The notes under the pieces are model-generated. The model did no database searches, was not told the DNA's origin, and saw only the letters and a program-made list of their open reading frames with translations. This document shows positions 46,747-56,679 of a stretch of DNA of 64,000 nucleotides, piece by piece. The translations under genes were made by a program, and so were the position numbers. How positions within the stretch are numbered: position 1 is the stretch's first letter; each line of letters starts with the position of its first letter. The stretch is from an uncultured delta proteobacterium (GTDB taxonomy: Bacteria > Desulfobacterota > Binatia > HRBIN30 > BPIQ01). The stretch is from NCBI GenBank assembly GCA_963761335.1, contig CAVXGR010000015.1, positions 160,001 to 224,000 on the forward strand, in the 5' to 3' direction.

Positions 46747-49107
46747 ATGACCGCGCCGATGCTCCTGTACCGCGACCCCGCTCGGCCGCTGGACGAGCGC
46801 GTCGGCGATCTCCTCCGGCGCATGACTCTCGACGAGAAGCTGGCGCAGATCGGCTGCGTCTGGTCGACCGGCCTGCTCGCCGGCGACGGCACCTTCTCCG
46901 AGACGCTCGCCGCCGAGAGGCTGGAGCACGGCATCGGCCACGTGACCCGCATCGGCGGCGCCACCGTTCTGGCGCCGAAGCAGAGCGCTCGGCTGGCCAA
47001 CGCCATTCAGAAATTTCTCGTCGAGCGCACGCGCCTCGGCATCCCGGCGATCATCCACGAGGAGAGCTGCGCCGGCTACCTGGCGCGCGGCGCCACCTGC
47101 TTCCCGCAGGCCATCGGACTGGCGAGCACCTGGGAGCCGCAGCTGGTAGAGGCGATGACCGCGGTGATCCGCGCCCAGATGCGCGCCGTCGGCGCGCATC
47201 AGTCGCTGGCACCGGTACTGGACGTGGCTCGCGATCCCCGCTGGGGCCGCACCGAGGAGACCTTCGGCGAGGATCCCTATCTGATCTCGCAGATGGGCAT
47301 TGCCTACGTGCGGGGCCTGCAGGGGCCCGACCTGAGCCGCGGCATTGCGGCGACCGGAAAGCACTTCGTCGGCTACGCTGCCTCCGAGGGCGGCATGAAC
47401 TGGGCGCCGGCGCACATCCCGCGACGCGAGCTGCTCGAGGTCTACGTCGCTCCCTTCGAGGCGGCGATCGCCGAGGCAGGGCTGGCCTCGATCATGAATG
47501 CCTACAACGAGATCGACGGCATCCCCGCCGGCGCCTCGCGCGAGCTGTTCGAGGACCTGCTGCGCCGTCGCCTGGGATTCGGCGGGGTCGTGGTCACCGA
47601 CTACTTCACCGTCGCCACTCTCGCCGACTACCACGGCGTCGCCTGCGATGACGGCGAGGCGGCGCGCTTGGCGCTCGAGGCCGGGCTCGACGTCGAGCTG
47701 CCGGCGGTGCGTTGCTACGGTGAGCCGCTGCGGGCGGCGGTGGAATCCGGGGCCGTCGACGTGGGTCTCGTCGATCGCGCCACGGGACGCCTGCTGCGCA
47801 TGAAGCTCCAGCTCGGCCTCTTCGAGAATCCCTACGTCGACGACGGGCGTGCCGAGATCGTCTTCGACACCGCCGAGCATCGCGCTCTGGCGCTCGAGCT
47901 GGCGCGCAAGTCGATCGTGCTGCTCAAGAACGAGGGCGACCTGCTGCCGCTCGACGGCTCGCTCTCGTCGATTGCCCTGATCGGACCCAGCGCCGACAGC
48001 ATTCGGCTCCTGCAGGGAGACTATCACTACCCGGCTCACCTCGAGATGATGTTCGGCGAGATCCGCGAGGGCGACATGTCACCGCGGCCGGAAGGCGGAG
48101 TCGACCTGGCGCAACACTTCGTGCCCATGGTGAGCGTGCGGCGGGGAATTTGCGCCAAGCTCGGTGCCGGAGCCGTCGTCCACTTTGCTCCCGGTTGCGA
48201 AATCCTCGGCGAGGCTGTCGGCGGCTTTGCCGCCGCCGTGGAGGCGGCCCGGCGTTCCCAGGTGGCCATCGTCTGCGTCGGCGGGCGCTCGGGTCTGGTG
48301 GCGGGCTGCACCAGTGGCGAGTCCGTCGATCGCGCCGATCTCGGCCTGCCGGGCGTGCAGCAGGCGCTGGTGGAGGCGGTGGTTGGGACCGGCACGCCGG
48401 TGGTCGTGGTGCTGATCAACGGCCGGCCTCTGGCTTTGCCGTGGATCGCCGCGCACGTTCCCGCGGTGCTCGAGGCCTGGCTTCCGGGCGAAGAGGGCGG
48501 CACGGCGATCGCCGACGTCCTCTTCGGCGACTACAACCCCGCAGGTCGCCTGCCGATCTCGCTGCCGCGCTCGGTGGGCCAGCTGCCGCTCTACTACAAC
48601 CACAAGCCGTCGGGCGGGCGATCGCACTGGAAGGGAGACTATGCCGACCAAAGTGCGCAGCCGCTGTTCCCCTTCGGGCACGGCCTCAGCTACACGCGCT
48701 TCGAGTACGGCAGTCTGGAGATCTCTCCGCCGGTGATCGCCGCGCACGGCGAGGTGAGCATCGCCTTCGAGGTGTCGAACAGCGGCTCCCGGTCCGGAGA
48801 AGAGGTGGTGCAGCTCTACCTGCGCGATCTGATCGGCAGCGTCACCCGGCCGGTACAGGAGCTGAAGGGCTTTCTGCGCTTGCCGCTGGCGGCGGGCGAG
48901 CGGCAGCGTGTCGAGCTCACCGTCGCCGCCTCGCAGCTCGCCTTCCACGGCCGCGACATGCGCTTCGTCGTCGAGCCCGGCACCATCGAGGTGATGGTCG
49001 GCGCCTCCTCGGCCGACATCCGCCTGCGCGGCTCCTTCGAGATCGGCGGAGAGGCCACCGAGGTGAGCGGGCGCAAGCGTTACACGACCGCGGTGCGGAT
49101 CGGCTGA
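46747..49107 (+). CDS. GH3 beta-glucosidase/beta-xylosidase
   Basis: RDPRWGRTEETFGEDP, KHF, VVTDY, SIVLLKN, FPFGHGLSYT, Fn3-like C-terminus. Confidence 0.95.
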   Translation: MTAPMLLYRDPARPLDERVGDLLRRMTLDEKLAQIGCVWSTGLLAGDGTFSETLAAERLEHGIGHVTRIGGATVLAPKQSARLANAIQKFLVERTRLGIPAIIHEESCAGYLARGATCFPQAIGLASTWEPQLVEAMTAVIRAQMRAVGAHQSLAPVLDVARDPRWGRTEETFGEDPYLISQMGIAYVRGLQGPDLSRGIAATGKHFVGYAASEGGMNWAPAHIPRRELLEVYVAPFEAAIAEAGLASIMNAYNEIDGIPAGASRELFEDLLRRRLGFGGVVVTDYFTVATLADYHGVACDDGEAARLALEAGLDVELPAVRCYGEPLRAAVESGAVDVGLVDRATGRLLRMKLQLGLFENPYVDDGRAEIVFDTAEHRALALELARKSIVLLKNEGDLLPLDGSLSSIALIGPSADSIRLLQGDYHYPAHLEMMFGEIREGDMSPRPEGGVDLAQHFVPMVSVRRGICAKLGAGAVVHFAPGCEILGEAVGGFAAAVEAARRSQVAIVCVGGRSGLVAGCTSGESVDRADLGLPGVQQALVEAVVGTGTPVVVVLINGRPLALPWIAAHVPAVLEAWLPGEEGGTAIADVLFGDYNPAGRLPISLPRSVGQLPLYYNHKPSGGRSHWKGDYADQSAQPLFPFGHGLSYTRFEYGSLEISPPVIAAHGEVSIAFEVSNSGSRSGEEVVQLYLRDLIGSVTRPVQELKGFLRLPLAAGERQRVELTVAASQLAFHGRDMRFVVEPGTIEVMVGASSADIRLRGSFEIGGEATEVSGRKRYTTAVRIG

Positions 49108-49119
49108 TGCGCGGCGCCC

Positions 49120-49827
49120 ATGAACCTCATCCTTCTGTCGCCTGAGGACTGGATCGCTGCCGGCCGGGTGCGGCTCAGCGGGCGGCGGCTGCGCCACGTG
49201 CTCGAGGTGCACCGCGGCGCCGCCGGCGACGAGCTGCGCGTCGGCGCGATCGGCGGACGCACCGGCCGCGGTCGCATCGCCTCGCTGAGCGCGGCGGCGA
49301 TGGAGATCGACGTCGAGCTCTCAGAGGATCCACCGGCGCCCCTGCCGCTCATCCTGCTTCTCGCCCTGCCACGTCCGAAGACTCTCAGGAAGGTGCTGCA
49401 GGCGGCCACGGCGATGGGCGTGAAGAGCATCTTCCTGATGGCGAGCTGGCGGGTCGAGAAGAGCTTCTGGCAATCGCCGGTCGTGCGGCCGGAGGGTCTG
49501 CTCGAGCAGGTGATGCTCGGTCTGGAGCAGGCGGGGGACACGATGCCGCCGCAGGTGGAGATGCGGCGGCGCTTCAAGCCCTTCGTCGAGGATGAGGTGC
49601 CGGCGTTGATCGCCGGCAGCCGCGCCCTGGTGGCGCATCCGGCGGCGCCCAGCGAGTGCCCGCGCCACATCGGCGGGCCGGTGACTTTGGCGGTGGGTCC
49701 CGAAGGCGGCTTCATCCCCTATGAGATCGAGATGCTCGGCGCCGCCGGCTTCGAGGCCGTCTCCCTCGGGCCGCGACGGCTCCGCGTCGAGCACGCCGTG
49801 CCGGCGTTGCTGGGCCGCTTGTTCTGA
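49120..49827 (+). CDS. rsmE: 16S rRNA m3U1498 methyltransferase
   Basis: LALPRPK, GLEQA, AVGPEGGF, LGPRRLRVEHA. Confidence 0.92.
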   Translation: MNLILLSPEDWIAAGRVRLSGRRLRHVLEVHRGAAGDELRVGAIGGRTGRGRIASLSAAAMEIDVELSEDPPAPLPLILLLALPRPKTLRKVLQAATAMGVKSIFLMASWRVEKSFWQSPVVRPEGLLEQVMLGLEQAGDTMPPQVEMRRRFKPFVEDEVPALIAGSRALVAHPAAPSECPRHIGGPVTLAVGPEGGFIPYEIEMLGAAGFEAVSLGPRRLRVEHAVPALLGRLF

Positions 49828-49911
49828 CCCGCTCTACCGCAACCCCCGCTTCGTTGAGTTGAACCCGACCCCCCGAGGTTGCATCTGTGGCCGGGAGCGA
49901 GGAGATCATTT

Positions 49912-50130
49912 GCCCCGGAGGGGCGCAGGCTTGTAGCCCCGGGTCGGAGACCCGGGGATCCGAAGTCGACGTCCGTTGGCGCCCCGCCAGGGGCGCGGGC
50001 GCGGTTTTGACACAGGTCCTCTGCATCCGGGGTTGCACGCCTGCGCCCCTGGCGGGGCGCATCCGAGAAGGCGGACCCGAATCCCCGGGTCTCCGACCCG
50101 GGGCTACATGCCTGCGCCGCTTTGCGGCGC
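49912..50130. repeat. REPIN-like inverted doublet sharing arms with the dispersed element
   Basis: gcgcaggcttGTAGccccgggtcggagacccgggga ... tccccgggtctccgacccggggCTACatgcctgcgc. Confidence 0.82.
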
Positions 50131-50247
50131 GATCCCCCCAACCCAAGTTGGGTCGTTGGGGATTTCGAAAACGAAACGCGGTTGATCTCAAGATCCACCA
50201 CTACTAGGCGGCCAAGCTGGCTGCGCCCCAAGGCGCCGCGGCCGATC

Positions 50248-50468
50248 CTACGGCACCCGCGGCGAAGAGTCGTAGTGGAAACCCAGGTCCACGGGTCCGC
50301 TGTCGCGTTCGCCGTCCGCGGTGGTGGAGCCGGAGATGCCGAAGTACTCCGCGGTGTCCGACCCCGCATCGATCGCCGGGCTTTCGGGGCGCAGGCGGAA
50401 GTCGTCATCTTCGGCGCCGTCGCCTCCGAGCACGCCGTCGGCGCCGCTGGCATTGACGAATTGCGGAC
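50248..50468 (-). pseudogene. Detached C-terminal fragment of a beta-helix protein
   Basis: PQFVNASGADGVLGG...DFRLRPESPAIDAG...VDLGFHY*. Confidence 0.7.
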
Positions 50469-50565
50469 CTTATCCCCACACCCCAGCTGCGCTCGATCTG
50501 CTCGCCCTCGATGAGGGCCGAGAGATAATGGCGCGTAGTACCGAATGAGGTGAACTCGGCACCGA

Positions 50566-52728
50566 TCAGCGCGAGCCGAGAACGGCGTTGCCTTGGATCG
50601 TCAATGCGGTTGTCGAATACGCGAGAATTCCCGCGCCGCCGCTCGCCTGGAGATGGTTGTCGCGAATTTGGACCTGCTTGGCCGGTCGAGGCCCCGGTTG
50701 CGCGGCGCTGTGGTTCATGATCGCCGCCAACAACGAGGCGACGGAGATGCGGCCGTGATGATTGGGTCCCAGCGCCGAGCAGTCACCGGCGACGTCGTCG
50801 ACAAAGAGCCGGTCCATTGCCCGTTCGATCTCTTCGGCGGTCACGATGCCGTCTCGATCGCAGTCCCCGAGGAGGATGGCCTCGCCCGCGACATTGATTA
50901 CATCGTTGCCGCTGCCGGAGACATCGTTGTTGCCGATATCGACGAGGTCGGTGTTGCGCACGAGCAAGCCGTAACGCGCCGGATCGGCGATCTGGTTGTT
51001 GGAGAGTGTGGCGCTGCGGGCTCCTTTGATGGTGATCGCAGTGTCGCCGCCGGTCACGACGTTGTCCTCGATGCGCGCCGTCGAAACGCCCTGGTCGAGC
51101 CGCACGCTGATACCATCGCCGGCCGGCTGCAGCACCTGATTCGCTGTGATCTCCGCCGATCCCAGCGTCTGCACCGAGATGCCATTGCCGGTTGGACTGT
51201 CGATGCGGTTGTCGGCAATCGCGGCGTCGGTGGCCGATGTGGTGTCTCTGACCGAGATCCCCCGACCCGAGCTGAAATGATTGGCGTTGAAGCGAACGGA
51301 CCCCTGGCGATGCCCAGACGCGTTCACGTAGAACAGCCCGGCGCCGGGTCCCTCGAGGTCGTTGTTGGTTGCCACGGCATCTGCCGCACTGATCGAAAGC
51401 GGCGCGGTTCCCCCCTCGACCTGGTTGCCGCTGACGATGACGCTATCGCCTCGCAGGGTAACCGCTCCGACCAGAAGAAGGCGGTTGCTGTCCAGGGTGA
51501 TTTGCGGGGCAATGATCCTGAGCCCCCGCGATCCGCCCTCGAATTGGTTGTCGGCGAGGTAGGCGCTGGCGGTGCCCACTATCTCCAGGCGAACGTAGCT
51601 GCTGATGAGGTTGCGGCGCAGGGTGAGGTTCCCGACGCTCACGACACTCTGCAGAACGCGGCTATCGCGAACCTCGTTGTCCTCTGCGGTGACGGCGCCG
51701 TAGACGGAGCCGGGCAGAACCCCGCCGGACAGGCCAGACATCTGGTTGCGCGCGATCAACAGGGCATCGCCGGCACGTCCCCAGATGCCGCTGCGGCAGC
51801 TCTCGACCACATTGTCGGTCACCGCGACGTTCGTGGGTCCGTCCACCAGAGATACGGCGTTGGTGCAGTTGCGCATCGAGTTTCGGGCGACGACGAGGTC
51901 GCCGCCCCCCTCCATTTTCACGCCGGTGGTTCCGCCCTCGAAGGTATTGTCCTCGAAATGCCCCCGGCGCGCCGGGGACGTCAGGATTCCCCAGGTATTC
52001 CCTGTGAGTCGATTGCCGCTCACGGTGGCGTCGGTGGTCGGCTTCGCCGTGCCGCGCAGGCGGACGCCGCTGAGATCGTTGTCGCTCGCCTCGTTGTTCA
52101 TGATGACGACGCGCTCCACCTCGTGCATATCGATGCCACGCCGGCAGTTTTGCAGCACGTTGCCGATGATGGTGATGTCGGCGCTGGAGCCGCCGGTCTG
52201 TGCCGACGGGCGCACCTGGATGCCGGCATCGACGGCGCCGATGACGGTGAAACCTTCGATGTGCACGTGGTGCTTGCCGAAGACGATGAAGCCGGTGGTC
52301 TCGTCCACGCGGCTGTCGTCGGGTCGAACCACGACCGGCCCCGCTGGATCACCGGTCAATGCGCCGCTGGTATCTCCGATGAACGCGATGGGCTCGCCGG
52401 CGTCACCGCTTCGGCGCGGTTCGATGTTGCCTTCGAAGTACTCGCCTGATCCAACGACCACCCGGTCGCCGGGGTTCAACAGAAAACGGCCGGCGTATCG
52501 GATCGACTGGAAGGCGGTGTCCGGTGTGAGCCCGTCGTTGGCGTCGTTGCCGCTGGTCCGCACGAAGAACGTGGTGGCCGCGGCAGCTCGCGTGTTCCCA
52601 AAGCCGATTCCCGTGCTGCACAAGAGAAGTGCGTTGAGGATGTACGGCCACTGCCGTCCTTTGGCCAAATCCAATTCCCTGATCCCTCGTCCATTTTGGG
52701 GTCTACTGCCGCTGCACGGTTCTTTCAA
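50566..52728 (-). CDS. Right-handed parallel beta-helix protein with internal dockerin-like segment; probably truncated
   Basis: FFVRTSGNDANDGLTPDTAFQSI, many IxxN repeats, GDCDRDGIVTAEEI; start uncertain. Confidence 0.75.
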   Translation of the reverse strand: MKEPCSGSRPQNGRGIRELDLAKGRQWPYILNALLLCSTGIGFGNTRAAAATTFFVRTSGNDANDGLTPDTAFQSIRYAGRFLLNPGDRVVVGSGEYFEGNIEPRRSGDAGEPIAFIGDTSGALTGDPAGPVVVRPDDSRVDETTGFIVFGKHHVHIEGFTVIGAVDAGIQVRPSAQTGGSSADITIIGNVLQNCRRGIDMHEVERVVIMNNEASDNDLSGVRLRGTAKPTTDATVSGNRLTGNTWGILTSPARRGHFEDNTFEGGTTGVKMEGGGDLVVARNSMRNCTNAVSLVDGPTNVAVTDNVVESCRSGIWGRAGDALLIARNQMSGLSGGVLPGSVYGAVTAEDNEVRDSRVLQSVVSVGNLTLRRNLISSYVRLEIVGTASAYLADNQFEGGSRGLRIIAPQITLDSNRLLLVGAVTLRGDSVIVSGNQVEGGTAPLSISAADAVATNNDLEGPGAGLFYVNASGHRQGSVRFNANHFSSGRGISVRDTTSATDAAIADNRIDSPTGNGISVQTLGSAEITANQVLQPAGDGISVRLDQGVSTARIEDNVVTGGDTAITIKGARSATLSNNQIADPARYGLLVRNTDLVDIGNNDVSGSGNDVINVAGEAILLGDCDRDGIVTAEEIERAMDRLFVDDVAGDCSALGPNHHGRISVASLLAAIMNHSAAQPGPRPAKQVQIRDNHLQASGGAGILAYSTTALTIQGNAVLGSR

Positions 52729-52801
52729 TGAAATTTTCTGCGCGGCACCTCGATCGTGAACGATCTGGCCGTTGCACGCGCGCGACGCCGGCGGGCGTTG
52801 A

Positions 52802-52853
52802 AGTAGAAGCGCCGTCCCGGCGCTTTCCGAAGCGGCGAGACGCCGCTTCTACT
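52802..52853. repeat. GTAG-type REP-like doublet, copy 3
   Basis: Near-identical to 30543-30592. Confidence 0.85.
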
Positions 52854-52877
52854 CGGGATACGAGGTCGCGCCCGACC

Positions 52878-53876
52878 TCACAGAACCGCTTCGGCGAGCA
52901 TGCGCAGTGCCGCGGGGTCGCGGGTGCCGCAGAGCAGCGTGGTGACGAAGGTCTGGCGCCACGCTTGGATGCGGTCGCGGATGCGAGCCGCCGATCCGGA
53001 GAGCGATATCTCGTCGGCGAGCTCGTCGGGAACCGCGGCTGCGGCCTCGGCCCGCTTGCCGTCGGCGAACAGCGCCTGCACCTTGTCCACGGCTTCCTCG
53101 AACCCCATGCGCACCAGGAGGTTGGCGTGGAAGTTCTTGCTGCGCGCGCCCATGCCGCCGATGTAGAACGCCAGCATCCACTTGATCGGCACGAGCGCCT
53201 GCTCGAGGTCGTCGTTGATCGACACGGTCACGGTGCAGGCGATGTCGAAGCCGGGCTTCCGGTGTTGCAGGGACTCCGCGTAGATGTCGGTGCGGAAGGG
53301 CGAGATGAAGAGCGGCAGCCAGCCGTCGGCGATCTCCGCCGCCATGGCGACGTTCTTGGGGCCCTCGGCGCCGAGATAGATCGGCACCTCGGCGCGTCGT
53401 GGGCGCATGATCAGCTTGAGCGGCTTGCCGAGACCGGTGCCGCCCTGGAGCGGCAGCTGGTAGTGCTGGCCGCGGTAGGTGAATGGCCCCTCGCGGCGCA
53501 GGATGCCGCGCACGATCTCCACGTACTCCCGGGTTCGCGCCATGGGTCGGGGAAACGGCTGACCGTACCAGCCCTCGACCACCTGCGGCCCGGAGACGCC
53601 GAGGCCGAGCATGAGGCGGCCGCCGGAGAGATGGTCGATGGTGGCCGCCGTCATTGCCGTACACGCCGGGGTGCGCGCCGAGATCTGCACGATGCCGGTG
53701 CCGAGCTTGATGCGCGAGGTGCGCGCCCCCATCCAGCAGAGCGGTGAGAAGGCGTCGGAGCCGTACGCTTCGGCCGTCCACACGGAGTCGAACCCCAGCC
53801 GCTCCGCCTCGAGCACGAGCTCGATCGGATCCTCCGGACCCGACATCCAGTATCCAAGCACGAGGCCGAGACGCAT
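52878..53876 (-). CDS. LLM-class (probably F420-dependent) oxidoreductase
   Basis: WTAEAYGSDA, LSGGRLMLGLGVSGPQVVEGWYG, IYLGAEGPKN, ADGW. Confidence 0.9.
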   Translation of the reverse strand: MRLGLVLGYWMSGPEDPIELVLEAERLGFDSVWTAEAYGSDAFSPLCWMGARTSRIKLGTGIVQISARTPACTAMTAATIDHLSGGRLMLGLGVSGPQVVEGWYGQPFPRPMARTREYVEIVRGILRREGPFTYRGQHYQLPLQGGTGLGKPLKLIMRPRRAEVPIYLGAEGPKNVAMAAEIADGWLPLFISPFRTDIYAESLQHRKPGFDIACTVTVSINDDLEQALVPIKWMLAFYIGGMGARSKNFHANLLVRMGFEEAVDKVQALFADGKRAEAAAAVPDELADEISLSGSAARIRDRIQAWRQTFVTTLLCGTRDPAALRMLAEAVL

Positions 53877-53961
53877 TCTCCCTCCTTTTGCAGCGCTGTT
53901 TGTCTCCGAGTTGACGGGCACATGCAAGGGCGGGAGGGCGAAGCTCTGTTCTCCATCTCAT

Positions 53962-54112
53962 TCTCCATTCTCATCCCCGGTCCTCATCCCGTCGTTCTCC
54001 ATTCGCTCTGACAGCCGCGACCACCCCGAAGCCGACGGGTCTCAACGCGGCTCGCAGAAAGATGGAAAACGACGGGATGAGAACCGGGGATGAGAACCGG
54101 GGATGAGAATAA
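53962..54112. repeat. Inverted repeat with 14-bp tandem units
   Basis: attctcatccccggtcctcatcccgtcgttctccat / atggaaaacgacgggatgagaaccggggatgagaaccggggatgagaat. Confidence 0.75.
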
Positions 54113-54285
54113 AGAATGAAGGGCCCTGCAGCCGGACGTGCAGTGGATGATCGACCCCGGGGCGCAGCGGCAAGCGCCGGACGCCGTGGTGCTGCTGCTG
54201 CGCACCGAGATCACTTTCTGAGCGGAGCCGCTCGCTTGGCTTGTCGCGGCGGCGGCGGTATGAACGGGACTTGGCGGAGGTCGAG

Positions 54286-55875
54286 GTGCAGAGCGAAGAG
54301 TTCTCGGAGGAAGAGCGCCACGCCCTGGCGCCGTACTTCACCAATGTCGATCGCCCGGTGTTCGCCCTGCGCAACCTGCCGGAGGTGGTGAAGGGAGCCC
54401 TCTTCGCCCGCTACTCGCGTTCGGCGAAGTCGCTGCGCCGTCTCTTTCTCGACGAGTTTCTCGATCAGGTCGACAGCCGTGCGGCGCTCTCCGAGGTCGG
54501 TTTGGCGCGCGCCGAAAAGCTCTACGAGCGCGTGCTCAGCGAGTACGGGGACGATTCGGTGGCGCAGCTCGGCGGCGCCCATGTCGCCTGCGAGGGTGTT
54601 TCCAATATCCTCACCAAGGTGCTCGAATGGGGCCGGCTGCTCGCCTATCTCGAGCAGTCGACCCGCTACGTCTCCTATGCGGATCGCCCGGGCGGCCGCT
54701 GGAAGTATCTGGTCCCCGATGAGGTGCGGCTCTCTCCGGTGCGCGAGCGTTACGTCGCGGCGCTCGACCGCGCCTTCGAGGTTTACGCCGGCTGGCTGGC
54801 GCCGATGGAAGCCCACTACCGGGAGCGCATCCCGCCGTCCGCGGGCGATTCTCCCGCGGTCTACAAACGGACGATCCGCGCCAAGGCGCTCGATGCGCTA
54901 CGGGGTCTGCTGCCGGCGGCGACGCAGTCGAACCTCGGCATCTTCGGCTCGGGGCAGGGCTTCGAGGCGCTGCTCCTGCGGCTGCGCGCCCACCCGCTGG
55001 CCGAGGCGCGCCTCTATGGCGAGCAGATCCTGGCCGAGCTGCGCCAGGTGATTCCCGCGTTTCTGCGGCGGGTCGAGCGCCCCGAACGCGGCGGCGTATG
55101 GAGCGAGTACCTGGCGCAGACGCGCGCCGCGACGGCTGCGCGCGCCGCAGAGATGCTGGCGGCGGTCGAGCCGGAGGATCGCCCCGAGGTGGTGCTCACC
55201 GAGTTCGATCCCGAGGGAGAGACCAAGGTGGTGGCCGCAGCGCTCTATGCCGTGTCCGACCTCCCGGACGACCAGCTGCTCGAGATGGCGCGGCACATGT
55301 CGGCGGGGCAGCGCGACGCGGTGCTGCGCGCCTATGTCGGTGAGCGCCGCAACCGCCGCCACAAGCCCGGGCGCGCCTTCGAGCGCACCAGCTATCGCTT
55401 CGACGTGCTCACCGACTACGGCGCCTTCCGCGATCTGCAGCGCCATCGCCTGCTCACCATCGAGTGGCAGCGCCTCTCGTTGCGCCACGGCTACGCGGTC
55501 TCCGAGGTGGTCCGCGAGGCGGGCGCCCTCGACGACTGGCGGCGGGTGATGGACGAATGCGCCGCGGTGGTCGAGGCCCTGCGCGCCGAAGGGCTGGCGG
55601 AGGCGGCGGCATACGCCGTGCCGATGGCCTACCGGGTGCGCTTCTACATGGAGCTCAACGCCCGCGAGGCCATGCACATGATCGAGCTGCGCACGGCGCC
55701 ACAGGGGCATCCCGCCTATCGCCGCGTCTGCCAGCAGATGCACACGCTGATCGCCGAGGGGGCGGGACACCGGGCATTGGCGGCGGCAATGAGCTTCGCC
55801 GACCACAGCGAGGGCGAGAGCGGCCGCCTCGAGTCGGAGCGCGCCAGCGAGCGCCGGCGCCGGCAATCGAGCTAA
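54286..55875 (+). CDS. thyX: FAD-dependent thymidylate synthase, tandem-domain form
   Basis: LFARYSRS, YGDDSVAQL, EQSTRY, RGLLP, FRDLQRHR, ELRT...GHPAYR; GTG start after GGAGG inferred. Confidence 0.88.
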   Translation: MQSEEFSEEERHALAPYFTNVDRPVFALRNLPEVVKGALFARYSRSAKSLRRLFLDEFLDQVDSRAALSEVGLARAEKLYERVLSEYGDDSVAQLGGAHVACEGVSNILTKVLEWGRLLAYLEQSTRYVSYADRPGGRWKYLVPDEVRLSPVRERYVAALDRAFEVYAGWLAPMEAHYRERIPPSAGDSPAVYKRTIRAKALDALRGLLPAATQSNLGIFGSGQGFEALLLRLRAHPLAEARLYGEQILAELRQVIPAFLRRVERPERGGVWSEYLAQTRAATAARAAEMLAAVEPEDRPEVVLTEFDPEGETKVVAAALYAVSDLPDDQLLEMARHMSAGQRDAVLRAYVGERRNRRHKPGRAFERTSYRFDVLTDYGAFRDLQRHRLLTIEWQRLSLRHGYAVSEVVREAGALDDWRRVMDECAAVVEALRAEGLAEAAAYAVPMAYRVRFYMELNAREAMHMIELRTAPQGHPAYRRVCQQMHTLIAEGAGHRALAAAMSFADHSEGESGRLESERASERRRRQSS

Positions 55876-55876
55876 C

Positions 55877-55956
55877 CCGCTGGGAGCGCGATCAGCTTGG
55901 CTGTCTCCGCCGCTTGACAGCGACTTGCGGCCGGGACGGCGGCGCTCCCAGATGCC
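55877..55956 (+). repeat. ~80-bp direct repeat, copy A
   Basis: ccgctgggagcg...ttgacagcgacttgcggccggg...gcgctccc; matches 63200-63280. Confidence 0.75.
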
Positions 55957-56255
55957 CTGCGCGGACTTCCCGGCGTTGATCCAAGCCGCGACGAGCTCGG
56001 GCGCCGGCGCCGGCGCTCTTTCCTACAACCCGCCCGCAATCTTTTCATTGCCGCGAGCGATCCCGCACGCGTATCGCCCTGCCGAGCCTGTTCCGCCTCC
56101 GTGGCACGCCGGTTGCGGTTCCAGTCGCGCGTGCCGCTAGCGTTCGACTGACGAGAGCGGAGCATTCGTCGCACTCGCGCCGACCGAACGCGGCGGACGG
56201 ATGCCCGGCGGTCGGCGATTCGTCGGCCGCAACTCTAATCCAGGAGGTTCCCGTC

Positions 56256-56630
56256 ATGAACGACGCGATCGGCCGCAGACGTTGGGCGATCTCGGAAGGC
56301 TACATACCGCAAAGCAGCAACGGGCCCGAGCCCGAGATGTTGAGCCACGAGACGGTCTGTCTGCTCAACAGCAGTGATTGCGACGCGCACGTCGAGATCC
56401 AGATATTCTTCTCCGACCGCGATCCGATCGGACCCTATCGAGTGACCGTGCCGGCGCGTCGCACGCGCCACGTGCGCTTCAACGATCTGCGTGATCCGCA
56501 ACCCGTCCCGGTGGCGACGGATTTCGCCAGCCTGATCGAGTGCGACGTCCCGATCGTCGTGCAGCACACGCGCCTCGACTCGCGCCAGGCGGAGAACGCG
56601 CTGCTCAGCACCATCGCCTACGCGGAGTGA
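56256..56630 (+). CDS. Sensory rhodopsin transducer (ASRT)-family protein
   Basis: WAISEGYIP, SHETVCLLN, RHVRFNDL, PIVVQHTRLDSRQAENAL. Confidence 0.88.
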   Translation: MNDAIGRRRWAISEGYIPQSSNGPEPEMLSHETVCLLNSSDCDAHVEIQIFFSDRDPIGPYRVTVPARRTRHVRFNDLRDPQPVPVATDFASLIECDVPIVVQHTRLDSRQAENALLSTIAYAE

Positions 56631-56679
56631 CGAGTCGTCCGGGAAGAAACGTGAAGTCGATTTCGAAAGGAGGAAGGCA

